Below, in pieces: positions 47,065-58,115 of a DNA stretch of 64,000 nucleotides. Both the position numbers and the translations under genes were made by a program. Position 1 is the stretch's first letter. Each line of letters opens with the position of its first letter. This stretch comes from a phage, in the sequence record PZ256263.1; one strand, given 5' to 3'. The notes below the pieces were generated by a model. It had not been told where the DNA came from. It did no database searches and saw only the letters and a list, made by a program, of their open reading frames with translations.

Positions 47065-50000
47065 TCACTCCTTAGGTCGAACTCTTACACGGAGTCTCGA
47101 TTGACGCTTACTGCGTTCAAGCTTCTCTGACAATGAGCCACGTTTAATCTTCGGCTTCCCTTCGTCATTAAACTTCTCCAAGAACTGCAAGTACTCAGTA
47201 CGATTAGTTGTCTTGTAAGAAGGAATCTTAATATCAGGGTTCTCTTCAATCACACGTCTAATCTTCGCTACATCATCCCTACCAAGCAACTTACTCTTAG
47301 CCTGTTCAGCTGTAGAACCAAAGATCTTCTCCAGTGCTCTGGATTTGTTACCACCTGCGGAAGAAGCACCAAGTTTAGCAATGGCAGAGTAATCATCAGC
47401 ACTAAACCAAGCTACTGGATTATCACCATACTTCTTCTTGTTTTCAGCAGCAGTCTGCAATGCACGTACAAATCGACGGTTGTTACCAGCCTTATCTGCA
47501 CCATGAACCCTGTCTAAAACTTCAGCCACACTAGCCAACTCATCCAAGCTCTTCCCACTCAAGAAAGCTTTCTCTACTTTATCAGCAAATACCTCTTCCT
47601 GTTGTTTAATGCTTTCCAAGATATCAGAATTTGCTTGAGATCTTTCATCATCAGGCAGAGCAGAACGAATCTTCTCCATCTCCAACTCTTCCTCTTGCAG
47701 TTTCTTAATATCAGAGTCAACCTTCTGAGCCTCCTCAACAGCCTTCCTAGTATCCGCATCCAAGTTATCAAGCTTACCTTCAGTATCTCCAGTAACCTTA
47801 ACAATCTCTTTCTCGATAGGAGTCATTGATTCGTACTTCTTAGCAAACTTCTCAACATCAGCTTCGATACGAGAACGAGCATTCTGATGTTCAGTAGGAG
47901 TCATAGGCTTCTCAAGAAGTGCATAACGGTTATCCATATAGGAACCAGCAAATGCTTCAGCATCCTCTCTAGATATGCCCTTATCTTCCATAGTACGCAT
48001 CAGGCGGCGATGAATGTCATCACGTTGACGTTGTACTGCCATAAGGTCATTCTCACGCTCTTGAGCTGCTTTAAGCTCTTCACTGCGCTTAACTCTCTTG
48101 TCCACATCAAACTTACGGTTCATCTCTTCCGCTTGCTCATACATCTTGTTCAACTTGGCCTGACGAGCATCTTCCTCTGCATCAGTTAAACGACGCTGAC
48201 GATCAAGGTAATCTGACTCGGCGTTGTGGATACGTTCAATATAACTACGGAACTTCTCTGGAGGAACTGGAGAGTTCTTGTCATGGTGAGCAGCCAACTG
48301 TTTCAATGTACGAGATTCCTGAGCCTCACGAACAGGTTTAGGTAAACCTTCCATCATCTTCTCAATCTCACTCTTCTGAGCTGCAATAGCCTCTAGAGTT
48401 TTACGTTCATTCTCAACAGCAGCCTTAGCATCTGAACGAGCCTGAGCCTTTTTCCTGAGGGTAGCAAGACGTTCTTCACGAGCCTGTAAGTGCTTAGCAG
48501 CAGCTTCGTACTGAGAGTTCTTGTTAGCTTTGTTGAAGGCATTCACTTCTCTGTTGTAGGTGTTGATAAACCCATCCCAAATATCCTTCATCTGACCAAC
48601 TTCCAAAGCCTCTTCCCTACCAGCCTTCTCTGAAGATTTAAACTTCCCATCTACAAAGTCATTCATCAGCTTACGCATAGCATCTTTCTGAGCAGGACGT
48701 AAAGGTTCTGAATCAATCAAAGTATCAATCTCAGACTGAAGCTCTTTCTTCTGGTCAACCAGTTTAGGAGCATCCTTCTTATCGAAAGCTTTGTTTTCTT
48801 CTAGAGCTTGTTGATACAGTCTATCAAACTCATCCTCACGCTGCTTCTGATACAACCTTTCAGCACGACGTTTCAGACTATCTAAGTTAGTTACGTTCCC
48901 ACCTAAACCTTTCTCTTCAGCACGTAATGCCTTAGTAGCAATATCTTCTGGCAGACCACGTTCCTTAACCCATTCAGCAAAATTAGTTCGTACAGTGTTG
49001 TTCTTAGCAGTAGCAATACCTTGCTGAGAAGCCAGCTGGTTACGAGCCATTTCTTCATGACGTTCAGTGTTGATAGCATTATCTTCCTGACGAATACGAC
49101 GCATCAATTCCTTAGGATCACCCTTATAAGCCAAGAAGTTTTCAGCAGTAGCCTTAGCCTTAGCAGCCTTAGAGTACAGAGAACGAGCAAAACGTTCTGC
49201 ACGATCTTTAGTAGCCTGACGAGCAGCACTAGACATAGCAGCTAAACGTTCTACACCACTTGCCGGTTTAACGTCCTGTACAGCTTCCTTAGGAGCTTTA
49301 GGAGCACGGGCAGGTAATGGCTCAGCTTTGACTGTTGGTTCCTCTACGGTAGGTTCTGGAGCCTGTGCGGCCTCTTCTTGAGCACGTTGCTGTTCCATTG
49401 CACGACGCTCCTCTAAAGGGTTACGAGCAGGGAGAGGTTCAGCCTGTGGAGCTTGTTCGACCGGAGCTTCTTGAGCAGCTGCTGCCTCTTCTTCAGCGCG
49501 ACGCTGTTCAGCCTGACGGATAGCACGTCTTTGCGCAACTAAATCACGAGCTGTGAGAGAAGTTTCTTGAGGAGCAGAAGAAGGAAGATTTTCTTCCGTC
49601 ACAGTACTAGAAGAAGGCTCCCGAACCGGTTCGGTTTCCACGTCATTTTGCGTCTTAAATTTAATGTCATCAACAACTGGTTCTTCTTCCATCTTAGCAC
49701 GAGCTTCATCAGCAGTAGACTTAGCACGAGCAACTTCCAAATCACCACGAGCCAGAGAGCGGATAGCTTCACTGTTAGACTCTTGTTGCTTAACACGTTG
49801 AGAACGGGCACGCTGAGAAGAGAAGCGATTCAGAGCATACTTAGCAGCACCGAGAGTGTTCATTACCAGGCTAGGTGAAGAAGCCTCACGGAATCCATCA
49901 TCAGTCAGGGAAGTCCAACCACGATCTTGGTTACTCATAAACTTAGCCGTATTGTTCAGAGTGTAAGCATCTTGGATAGGATTAAAACCTTCAGGCATAC

Positions 50001-51486
50001 CTTTCAGTTTCTTCAACCCACCAATAGCTTTCTTCATCTCTGGAGAAACATTATCAGCCATCTTCTGTAGTTCAGCAGCTTTCTCTACAAAGTTATTAAA
50101 GTCTTCACCATCACGAGCTTTGAATCGATTTGCTTCATTGTAGAAAGTCTTGTAAGCATCAATGAAATCACGGTCGGCTTGTGTACGGTTCTTAATATCA
50201 ATTGGACTACCAGTAAAATCACCAGAAGCTCGGAGAGAAGTTAATTCACGGTCTAGGTTATCTAGAACATCTGTAAGAGCTTTCGTGTTGTCTTTGGTGT
50301 AGTCAGCCATTGCATCCTTCATAGCAACAGCCTGCTTCTGGTTGTGCTCATTATCAGCAAATGCTTTACCACGAGTCTTAGCAGGAGAAGCTAAAGGATT
50401 AAGGCCCGGAATGTTGGAATGTTCTTTCTGAACAGAAGCAGCTTTCTCAGCACGAGCTTGGTCAGTATTAAGAATACGCTGAGCAGCAGGAGAATCCACA
50501 GCAACAGCATCTGTAATACGGAATCCATTCTCATCCAGAAGATTCAGAGCAGAAGCAGCGTTAGCAGTTTCAGCTTTAGAGTAAGCTTCTTTCAGTTCAT
50601 CAATGTTCTTAGCACTACGAATTAGTTCATCATCAGCAGCAATATCAGTCTTCGCATACTCTGGAGTATTCTTGAAGACAGCAGAATCCGGACGGCTAAT
50701 CAATCCATGAACCCCACCAACTGCACCACCGAATGCAGCACCCATAGCACCTTCTTCGATAGCACCTTCTAATACATTAGCAAAGGTTGTGTCATCTCCG
50801 TGCTTATTCTGAGCTTCAGCAGCACCTACAAGAGCACCACCTTTAGCACCAGCCACTGCGTTACTAGCAACGTTCTGACCAATACGTCCAAGTGTGGACT
50901 CAGCTGTACCAACAGCACCCGGAAGGATTCTCTGAGCCGCATAGTTAGCACCACCAACTAAGGCTGCATCTAGAATAGACTTATCTTCTCCCTCTTCAGG
51001 GGTTTGGTCTGCATATGCGCGACCTGTCTCACGACCTGCTATGATAGCAGCAGCAGCCAATGGGTTAGCAACTGTCAAACCGATATCACCAGCAACGCCA
51101 GCATACTGACCGACAGTTTTACCAATCCCATCCTCAATCTTATCCATACGTTCTTTCAGAAGGTTCTGAGAGTTCTCTTGGATACGCTTACCATAACTAG
51201 TCTGTGCTCCAGCTAGATTCTCACCAATCTCAACTAAACCACCAATACCTTTAGCAGCACTAGCTGCAATGTTTGCACCACCGGATTGAAGAGCATTTGA
51301 CACACCTTGAGCAAACTCACCTATAGCACCACGTTCTTCTTGTTGTGGTTGTGCTACTGGTTGTTCCTCAGGAATAGAGCCACCTGCTGCCTTATATTGT
51401 TCTCTCATTTGAGCTTGTTGCTCCGGAGAGGCATTCAGATACGCAGGAGCTTTGGAAGCTTCTTCCCACGGTTTAATGTTAGCCAT
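47065..51486 (-). CDS. Large virion-associated protein (about 1474 aa); internal/ejection or tape-measure-like
   Basis: Very long charged, Ala/Glu/Lys-rich ORF; second in-frame ATG at 51486 has a GGAG RBS (track start 51531). Confidence 0.6.
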   Translation of the reverse strand: MANIKPWEEASKAPAYLNASPEQQAQMREQYKAAGGSIPEEQPVAQPQQEERGAIGEFAQGVSNALQSGGANIAASAAKGIGGLVEIGENLAGAQTSYGKRIQENSQNLLKERMDKIEDGIGKTVGQYAGVAGDIGLTVANPLAAAAIIAGRETGRAYADQTPEEGEDKSILDAALVGGANYAAQRILPGAVGTAESTLGRIGQNVASNAVAGAKGGALVGAAEAQNKHGDDTTFANVLEGAIEEGAMGAAFGGAVGGVHGLISRPDSAVFKNTPEYAKTDIAADDELIRSAKNIDELKEAYSKAETANAASALNLLDENGFRITDAVAVDSPAAQRILNTDQARAEKAASVQKEHSNIPGLNPLASPAKTRGKAFADNEHNQKQAVAMKDAMADYTKDNTKALTDVLDNLDRELTSLRASGDFTGSPIDIKNRTQADRDFIDAYKTFYNEANRFKARDGEDFNNFVEKAAELQKMADNVSPEMKKAIGGLKKLKGMPEGFNPIQDAYTLNNTAKFMSNQDRGWTSLTDDGFREASSPSLVMNTLGAAKYALNRFSSQRARSQRVKQQESNSEAIRSLARGDLEVARAKSTADEARAKMEEEPVVDDIKFKTQNDVETEPVREPSSSTVTEENLPSSAPQETSLTARDLVAQRRAIRQAEQRRAEEEAAAAQEAPVEQAPQAEPLPARNPLEERRAMEQQRAQEEAAQAPEPTVEEPTVKAEPLPARAPKAPKEAVQDVKPASGVERLAAMSSAARQATKDRAERFARSLYSKAAKAKATAENFLAYKGDPKELMRRIRQEDNAINTERHEEMARNQLASQQGIATAKNNTVRTNFAEWVKERGLPEDIATKALRAEEKGLGGNVTNLDSLKRRAERLYQKQREDEFDRLYQQALEENKAFDKKDAPKLVDQKKELQSEIDTLIDSEPLRPAQKDAMRKLMNDFVDGKFKSSEKAGREEALEVGQMKDIWDGFINTYNREVNAFNKANKNSQYEAAAKHLQAREERLATLRKKAQARSDAKAAVENERKTLEAIAAQKSEIEKMMEGLPKPVREAQESRTLKQLAAHHDKNSPVPPEKFRSYIERIHNAESDYLDRQRRLTDAEEDARQAKLNKMYEQAEEMNRKFDVDKRVKRSEELKAAQERENDLMAVQRQRDDIHRRLMRTMEDKGISREDAEAFAGSYMDNRYALLEKPMTPTEHQNARSRIEADVEKFAKKYESMTPIEKEIVKVTGDTEGKLDNLDADTRKAVEEAQKVDSDIKKLQEEELEMEKIRSALPDDERSQANSDILESIKQQEEVFADKVEKAFLSGKSLDELASVAEVLDRVHGADKAGNNRRFVRALQTAAENKKKYGDNPVAWFSADDYSAIAKLGASSAGGNKSRALEKIFGSTAEQAKSKLLGRDDVAKIRRVIEENPDIKIPSYKTTNRTEYLQFLEKFNDEGKPKIKRGSLSEKLERSKRQSRLRVRVRPKE

Positions 51487-51524
51487 AACGTCTCCTTTTA
51501 TAAATAAAAATGTCCTACCCCCTA

Positions 51525-51533
51525 TATACATTA
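51525..51533 (-). promoter_or_regulatory. TAATGTATA motif (candidate phage-sigma promoter)
   Basis: Minus-strand CTATAATGTATATA, 39 nt upstream of the ATG at 51486. Confidence 0.4.
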
Positions 51534-51553
51534 TAGAAGGCAGGACTTAGGTC

Positions 51554-53209
51554 TTATTGCGTGAACCAGCTAGTGTCTTCGACAGCTGATAAAGCACCGT
51601 TCAGTTTAGGATTGGTTGCTGCACCACCAACTGCTTCTTCTGCTTGTTCAGAGAAAACACCTAGAGGGTCATAGAAACCACCAGAAGGGATTGCACGGTT
51701 AACCAATGCAGTAGCTCTCTTCTTATCCATACCAGAACCGATGTACGCTTCGATAGTAGCTCTCTTAGCATCAGCAACACCTTTCATTGCAGAGGTGTGA
51801 CCAACGTTAGCTTGCTTACGAGCATAAGCAAGAGCAGAATCAGTAGGACGCCATCCAGATTTCAGTGCAAACTTGTTGCCAACACGAACGAAGATTGATG
51901 GGTCTTCTGCAAAGTGCCCCAAGTCTTCTTCGGTAAGAGAACGAGTAGCACCGATTTCAGCTCTTGCGGAGTTCATGATAGCTTGCATGTAAGCAGAACG
52001 AGCTGTCTGATAGTCTTTATCTTTAACCGCTTTGTCAGCCAAATCCAAATCTTTGTTGGACTGGTTAAACAGACCACCTTTCTCTGCCCACTGCTTAGCA
52101 ACTGTACCTTCAGCTGTGTTCTGAGCAAGACGAACTTCTTTAGGGTTAAAGTTAAAACTCTGAGCAGCTTGTTCAGCACGTTCAGCCTTAACTTTATCAC
52201 GATAACCAATCAACTCTTTCTGACGTTCAAAGTTCATGTTAGCTCTTTCTTCAGCGGCACGACGAGTTTCATCAGCACGCTCACGCATAGTTTGCTCTTG
52301 AATCTGTTGACGTCTATCCCATTCAGCATTTTGTCGTTCTTCACGAGCAGCATACAGCGCTTCTTTCTGAGCAGGGTCTACAGCTCTCATCTTCAGTAGA
52401 GAAGGGTCTCCGTTAGCAATAGCAGCTGCGATCGAGTCTTGAGAGAAGCCTTGTTCAATCAGAGCATCACGGTTAGCTTCCAGTTGCTTCTTAGTCTCAT
52501 CTTGATTAGCCATTCCCTGACCAATCTGGAAAGCTTCAATAGGAGATTTACCTGACATAATGGAAAGACCTACACCCATCAAACCTGTGTAGAAACTAGA
52601 GTTCTGATAGAATGGTTCTTTCTGTAGCTTGTTCCAAGCTTCCGAAGGGTCTTTAGCTTTCGCAACTTGCAAGATATCATTGTTAACACGTTCCTGATCT
52701 TTAGCACGAGTAGCAGCAGCCATTCCATCACCAGTATCTTGTCCTTGAGCAAGAGTATTAATCACACCTTGTGCCTGTTCCACCTGAGAAGGAGTAAACT
52801 CCATAGGACCAGCTTCTAACGGTTTAGTAGGAGGTGTTACCGGAAGAGGGTCACTAGGCATAAGCCCAGCATCCTGTAAACCTTGATCAGTGGATAGGTT
52901 AGGGTTAGACGCTACAGGGGCCGGTGCTCCAATATCAATACCCTGAAGACTGGTAGGAGTCCCTTGATTCTGCTGTTCCATAAGACGTTGCTGGAATCCC
53001 GGATTAACCATAGCATTCTGATCTTCTTCTGCCTGAGAGACAAGACCCGCAAGAGATGAAGGTACAGCAGGACGTTGATACATAGAAATATCTGCTGTCT
53101 GAGTTGGTCTAGCCATATAAGGAGAGGCCGAAGCCGCTCCCGGATTAACACCATAGAAAGTATTTCTCGGGTCACGACTTCTGACCTGAGCGTAAGTTGT
53201 CTGTTGCAT
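51554..53209 (-). CDS. Virion-associated protein (551 aa)
   Basis: AGGAGA RBS; Gln/Ala-rich with a helical charged C-terminal half; within the late cluster. Confidence 0.55.
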   Translation of the reverse strand: MQQTTYAQVRSRDPRNTFYGVNPGAASASPYMARPTQTADISMYQRPAVPSSLAGLVSQAEEDQNAMVNPGFQQRLMEQQNQGTPTSLQGIDIGAPAPVASNPNLSTDQGLQDAGLMPSDPLPVTPPTKPLEAGPMEFTPSQVEQAQGVINTLAQGQDTGDGMAAATRAKDQERVNNDILQVAKAKDPSEAWNKLQKEPFYQNSSFYTGLMGVGLSIMSGKSPIEAFQIGQGMANQDETKKQLEANRDALIEQGFSQDSIAAAIANGDPSLLKMRAVDPAQKEALYAAREERQNAEWDRRQQIQEQTMRERADETRRAAEERANMNFERQKELIGYRDKVKAERAEQAAQSFNFNPKEVRLAQNTAEGTVAKQWAEKGGLFNQSNKDLDLADKAVKDKDYQTARSAYMQAIMNSARAEIGATRSLTEEDLGHFAEDPSIFVRVGNKFALKSGWRPTDSALAYARKQANVGHTSAMKGVADAKRATIEAYIGSGMDKKRATALVNRAIPSGGFYDPLGVFSEQAEEAVGGAATNPKLNGALSAVEDTSWFTQ

Positions 53210-53222
53210 ATTTATCTCCTAA

Positions 53223-54191
53223 TTAAGTACTAGCCAACCCACCGATTACACCCCCAGCTAATGCACCCCAAGGCCCAAAGGAAGAGCCAGCTGCTGCACC
53301 ACTCATAGTTCCACCAAGGAAACCACCTTTGCCACCAGATGTTTTAGTAGTTGTAGTTTGTCCGAGAGCACCGTTAAGTACACCTGCTGCACCGAGTTGG
53401 TTATTGATATCTTGCCATCCCCAATTAGCTGCGTTCTGAGCATTCTGGTAGGCATTATCATATTCATTCTGTTGTTGCTGTTGTTGCTGCAACCCTGCAT
53501 TCCATTGATTCATTATTTGCTGTTGAGACAAATTAGCACCCTGCTGACCTAGGTTAGAAAGGTTAGAACCAATATTAGAAAGACCAGAGAGAGCAGCTGC
53601 CTGATTCTGTCTATTACCAGAGAGGATGCTTTCAGCTTGGCTAATAGCCGAGTTATAGGCACTATTGGTAATATCTGTTGCTTGGCCTTGCATCTGATTC
53701 AGAGCATCACCTTGGGCAAAAGACTTAGCCATACGAGCACCTGAACCTTGTTGACCAGCATACTGTTGAGCTAACTGAGGAAGAGCATTACGTGCCAAGT
53801 TCTGTTGAACCTGTTCATTATTAGCTGTAATGGCTGCTTGCACAGCGTCATCATCATACAGTTGACCAGCGAGAGCACCAATCTGTTCTCCAGTAATCCC
53901 ACCTTGTCCAGAGAGGCTCTGATAGCCTTTATAGGCATTATCCAGATACCCTAACCCTTGACCTGCTGCATCCATGTATTGCTGTGAGAGAGTGCCTAAA
54001 GCGCCAGATTGTGCTAGGTTATTAAGTGCCTCTGTCTGATTATTATTAAACCCTACATTGTCACGATAAACATAATCCCCTGAACTAGTATTACCAATCT
54101 GTTGGTTAAGCTGGTCAATATACTGTTGAATGTATTCAGGGCGAATCATTTGGGAAGTAGTTTTACTACCCCCGCCTCCGAAAAGTCCCAT
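53223..54191 (-). CDS. Q/N/G/A-rich low-complexity virion protein (322 aa)
   Basis: Strong compositional bias (QQQQQ, GxG runs). Confidence 0.5.
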   Translation of the reverse strand: MGLFGGGGSKTTSQMIRPEYIQQYIDQLNQQIGNTSSGDYVYRDNVGFNNNQTEALNNLAQSGALGTLSQQYMDAAGQGLGYLDNAYKGYQSLSGQGGITGEQIGALAGQLYDDDAVQAAITANNEQVQQNLARNALPQLAQQYAGQQGSGARMAKSFAQGDALNQMQGQATDITNSAYNSAISQAESILSGNRQNQAAALSGLSNIGSNLSNLGQQGANLSQQQIMNQWNAGLQQQQQQQNEYDNAYQNAQNAANWGWQDINNQLGAAGVLNGALGQTTTTKTSGGKGGFLGGTMSGAAAGSSFGPWGALAGGVIGGLAST

Positions 54192-54203
54192 ATCAAATCT
54201 CCT

Positions 54204-55256
54204 TTAGTTTGCTCCAAATGCCCCTAAGACACCACCTAAGATATTACTACCTGCTGTGGATAACCAGTTAGACTGACCTTTCTGTTGAGAAAGGTTAGAA
54301 CCTCCAATCATAGGACCAGCCATTCCAGATTGCCCACCTGAGTTGTTATAGGAACTCCAAGCATTCTGAGTCTGTTGGTTAGGAGAGAAAGCACCCATAC
54401 GACCTGCAATACCTAATCCAGTGATACCAGCACCTAGGAGCTGTTGTCCAGTATTAACCCCCGGAGCAGCATTCTTAATCGTGTACCCAGCCATTGGGCT
54501 TACACTATTTAATACATTAAGTTGGTTGTTAAGCTGATTCCACCCATACTGTTGAGAGCCAATAGCGTTCTGCCAATTAATATCAGCTTGAGCTTGGGCT
54601 TGTTGCTGTTGTAGATTACCAGCCATGAGTTGATTCTGGATAGCTTGTTGAGTTGCCTGAACACCTTGAGCACCAAGATTGAGATTCTGTCCAGCCAATC
54701 CTGACTGAGCACCAAGTAAGCCCCTCTGGAAGTTTTGGTCTTGTTGAAGAGCACTGATTCCCATATTCTTGCCACTGATAGTACGAGCTAAGTTTGTATT
54801 AGCACTGTTCAGAGCAGCACCTTGAGCAGCAGCTCTACGGAGAGAACCTGAATCAGAACCATTTCCGAGGGATACATTGGAAGCTGCTTTGCTAGTAGCT
54901 TGTGCAAGGGCTGAGTTATTCAAACCTTTACTAAAGTTATTAACCCCTTCAGCTGTTACTCCACCACCATTGACAATATTCTGATACTGCTGTGCAAGAG
55001 AGTTTAATTGGTCCAACCCTTGCTGTGTACGAGGCGTGTACATATCAGCCAATTGCTTCTGAGTAGTAGAAGCTGCTAAGTTGTTCAGAGCACCCTGTTG
55101 GTTGCCATTAAACCCAGCCAGTTGTTGGGAGATGAATCCCGGATCGTTGTTCTGCATATTCTGAGCATTAGCAACAATCTGCTTCAGCAGGGCATCAACC
55201 TGAGAGGAAGGGGCCACTGTGGTTTTGCTAGAAGCTGATTTTCCAAATAAAGACAT
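54204..55256 (-). CDS. Q/N/G/A-rich low-complexity virion protein (350 aa)
   Basis: Same composition as 53223-54191; possible paralog. Confidence 0.5.
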   Translation of the reverse strand: MSLFGKSASSKTTVAPSSQVDALLKQIVANAQNMQNNDPGFISQQLAGFNGNQQGALNNLAASTTQKQLADMYTPRTQQGLDQLNSLAQQYQNIVNGGGVTAEGVNNFSKGLNNSALAQATSKAASNVSLGNGSDSGSLRRAAAQGAALNSANTNLARTISGKNMGISALQQDQNFQRGLLGAQSGLAGQNLNLGAQGVQATQQAIQNQLMAGNLQQQQAQAQADINWQNAIGSQQYGWNQLNNQLNVLNSVSPMAGYTIKNAAPGVNTGQQLLGAGITGLGIAGRMGAFSPNQQTQNAWSSYNNSGGQSGMAGPMIGGSNLSQQKGQSNWLSTAGSNILGGVLGAFGAN

Positions 55257-55275
55257 AAGTCCTCCTTAAAGATTA

Positions 55276-56058
55276 TTACTTTACACCAATGCTAGCCAGA
55301 CGTCTGAGCACTGCTTGTGTTTGTGGACTGTACTGAGAACCTGCTGCATGTGGTGCACTTGCCCTCTGAACTGTTTGAGAAGTGGGAGGTTTACCAGCAA
55401 GCATAGCAGCTACCCCTAATACTGCATTACCAAAGTTCTGTTGAGGTTTCTGATTTTCGCCTTCCTGCACTTCATCAGAGTAAAACTCTACTGGATTTCC
55501 ACCTAAAGCACCTGTCTTAGAAGCAGCAATCTCTGCCTGAGTTGGAGCTTGTGCGGCCTTCTCTCTATCTAACAAGTCAGGACTAAACTGATTGACTGGT
55601 TGAACAGCTTGCAAAGCTCCAACAGGGTTAGCAATCTGAGAAGCTGCATCACCATAGAAAGGAAGAAAGTGTTTGTTGTTCATTGAGTCAAGGGCTTGAG
55701 GTGTAAATCCCTTTTTACCAGCGAACATTTGCTTAGCACCACCGATACCTTCTGAGTAACCAACCATTGCTTTCTTAACATCACCATTAAAAGCCTTTAA
55801 GTTATCTCTAATATAACGAGCACCCATATCAATATTCTTTGCTGGGTCAAGTCTGTCTTCTAGTTTGTAACCGTAATCTTTAGCCAACCCTTTACTAATC
55901 TGCATTAAACCTACAGGACCAGTTCCAGAAGCCACTGTAGGACGACCACTAGACTCTCTTTGGATTACAGCATGAATCAAAGCAGCAGGAATCCCATACT
56001 TCTTTGAAGCCTGTTGAACCATTGGGTCTAGTTCTTCAATACCCATTCTAATTGACAT
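55276..56058 (-). CDS. Lytic transglycosylase (SLT domain) virion protein (260 aa)
   Basis: IQRESSGRPTVASGTGPVGLMQISKGLAKDYGY is a classic SLT/goose-lysozyme-like motif. Confidence 0.8.
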   Translation of the reverse strand: MSIRMGIEELDPMVQQASKKYGIPAALIHAVIQRESSGRPTVASGTGPVGLMQISKGLAKDYGYKLEDRLDPAKNIDMGARYIRDNLKAFNGDVKKAMVGYSEGIGGAKQMFAGKKGFTPQALDSMNNKHFLPFYGDAASQIANPVGALQAVQPVNQFSPDLLDREKAAQAPTQAEIAASKTGALGGNPVEFYSDEVQEGENQKPQQNFGNAVLGVAAMLAGKPPTSQTVQRASAPHAAGSQYSPQTQAVLRRLASIGVK

Positions 56059-56067
56059 AATAACTCC

Positions 56068-57102
56068 TTATTGTATACTCCTGAATATTTTCCTAGCATC
56101 TAATATCGGAATGCTTAATCCGAGAGCACCACCCCCTCCTAAATCATATTGACTACTCCAAGAGTAAATCATCCTTCCGAAACCTGTACCGAAAGAAGAG
56201 CCATTCATCATGTGAGATCTTGTGTGTTGAAAATACCAACCACTAGCCTTACCTCTTATTGCTCCAGCACCATAAGATAGAGGTATCATTGGATAGGCCA
56301 AAGATGTGTTACCACCACTCATAGGCATAAATCCCTCAACATTAAAAGGGGTTCTATATGTAGAAAAAACACACTGAGACCCATTTGGAGAAAAGATATT
56401 TAAACCTCCATTGTGGGTTGGTACTCCCGAACCATCACAGAAGACGGCAATCCTAACACCACCAATGTACCCTGTTTGGTTTGTGTTACCATTATCATGA
56501 GATCTGTTCTGGTACACATAAACAACCCTATTAGATGGGTTGTATAGTAGCCCTGCTCCGCCGTTACTCCAATTCGCGTAGACAGTTGCTCGGCTCATGT
56601 CAAAACCACCAATATCTGGTATTTGAAGAGAACCGTTTATATCACCCTCCCAAGCCCAAATACATTGACCAACAACTCCAGAATCAGAGATTGAGAAATA
56701 GTCAGCAGAGTTGGAGAATGTGATTCCATAGTTCCTGTTAGCTCTAGGCCATATTTGATACACATTAAAAGCCATATCAAATACCCAACCATTTACGTTA
56801 TAGTCCATAGTAACTCTGAAGGTTGAGTTATTAATAACAGATATATCCGTTAGCCAATATACATCAGACGTTACATTAGGAGGTATATATCTCTCCCAAA
56901 CAACAGACCCTGTTGGAACTACAACTATCTGACCACTACCATCCCAACCACTTATAGGCAAATCACAGGTATTTCCGCTAAAAGAGAAATTCCCACTGAC
57001 TCTATTTCTGAGTTGAGGGAATGTGCTACCACTATCAATATAAATATCAGCAGGGGCCGCTGGACCCGGACCAACCGGGCGTGTCCATATTCCATATGCC
57101 AT
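56068..57102 (-). CDS. Putative tail protein (344 aa)
   Basis: Gly/Asn/Ser/Trp-rich beta-type composition; 1-nt gap to the upstream tail gene. Confidence 0.45.
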   Translation of the reverse strand: MAYGIWTRPVGPGPAAPADIYIDSGSTFPQLRNRVSGNFSFSGNTCDLPISGWDGSGQIVVVPTGSVVWERYIPPNVTSDVYWLTDISVINNSTFRVTMDYNVNGWVFDMAFNVYQIWPRANRNYGITFSNSADYFSISDSGVVGQCIWAWEGDINGSLQIPDIGGFDMSRATVYANWSNGGAGLLYNPSNRVVYVYQNRSHDNGNTNQTGYIGGVRIAVFCDGSGVPTHNGGLNIFSPNGSQCVFSTYRTPFNVEGFMPMSGGNTSLAYPMIPLSYGAGAIRGKASGWYFQHTRSHMMNGSSFGTGFGRMIYSWSSQYDLGGGGALGLSIPILDARKIFRSIQ

Positions 57103-57103
57103 G

Positions 57104-58072
57104 TTACCAACTCCCTATTCTTATGCGAAGAGTTCCACTCCCATCATAAAAATCTATTCTATTACCATTCATCCACAACTGAGAACCACCTGTACCACCC
57201 ATAACAAAATCACCACCAACAGTAAGTCTCCAGTTAGAACCCCACATAGAACCAGCAGTGATTTTATCCGCTGATAAGTTCTGAATCTGAGCATTGGAGA
57301 TGGATACGTTATCAATCTGTGCCCATTGGATTCTAGCGTTAGCTATCTGAGCTGTTGTGATATTGACGTTCTTTATATCAGCAAACTCCATCCTAGCCCT
57401 ACCACCCTCAAACACAAAAGGTGTGTTACCAGAGCTGCCATCACCAACAATAAACTTGTTAGCTGTTACTTGGAATTGACTGTTTGTTCCATTGTTAGTT
57501 AACTTGACCCCAGCATACCTTCCGTTGACTGTAGAGTTAACACCCCACGTAGCTTCATACTCAGAGAGTTTCATATACTGAGAGAGGCTTCCGTTGATAT
57601 TTTGTAGTTCTGTCTGAACAAGAGCAATCTCTTGACCTTGATCATTAACAATACCTTCTACTGTCTGAATCTTAGTTGTGTTGCCTTCGATGCTAGTCTT
57701 AAAACCAGATACAGTGCTTTCTAGTTTTACAGGAGGTTGAACAGAGTTATCCCAAATGTCCTCAGTGGACAGATTCCCCATCTGGGTTTGGATATCTGCA
57801 ATAGCTGTTTCTATCTCTGTAGTAATTCTATTCTCAAGCTCATCAAATTGAAGATTCATTGCATTAAGAGCTTTAATACGAACATCAATCTCTTCGTGAA
57901 TTTCATCTATAGCTTGGAACATTTGGTTAGTAGCTGTGCTAACTTTTTGTAATTCATCATACACTGCTACGTTATATGTTTCTGTGTCCTGTACATTATT
58001 GAGAAACCCAACGTTGTACGGGAGTGTGGTGTTGTTGCGACCAGTGTTCTTACGAAAACCACCTGCACCCAT
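57104..58072 (-). CDS. Putative tail fiber/tail protein (322 aa)
   Basis: ATG at 58072 with GGAGGA RBS (track start 58138 would overlap); coiled-coil N-half and beta-rich C-half. Confidence 0.5.
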   Translation of the reverse strand: MGAGGFRKNTGRNNTTLPYNVGFLNNVQDTETYNVAVYDELQKVSTATNQMFQAIDEIHEEIDVRIKALNAMNLQFDELENRITTEIETAIADIQTQMGNLSTEDIWDNSVQPPVKLESTVSGFKTSIEGNTTKIQTVEGIVNDQGQEIALVQTELQNINGSLSQYMKLSEYEATWGVNSTVNGRYAGVKLTNNGTNSQFQVTANKFIVGDGSSGNTPFVFEGGRARMEFADIKNVNITTAQIANARIQWAQIDNVSISNAQIQNLSADKITAGSMWGSNWRLTVGGDFVMGGTGGSQLWMNGNRIDFYDGSGTLRIRIGSW

Positions 58073-58115
58073 AAGTTCCTCCAAAACAATAAAAGGGGCA
58101 CGAAGCCCCTTGTTG

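Noticed and set aside
47574-52399. Plus-strand track ORFs inside the minus-strand virion genes (47602-47829, 47887-48189, 49567-49878, 51914-52399 and others)
   Set aside because: Antisense to long, well-supported structural genes, low-complexity, no RBS.
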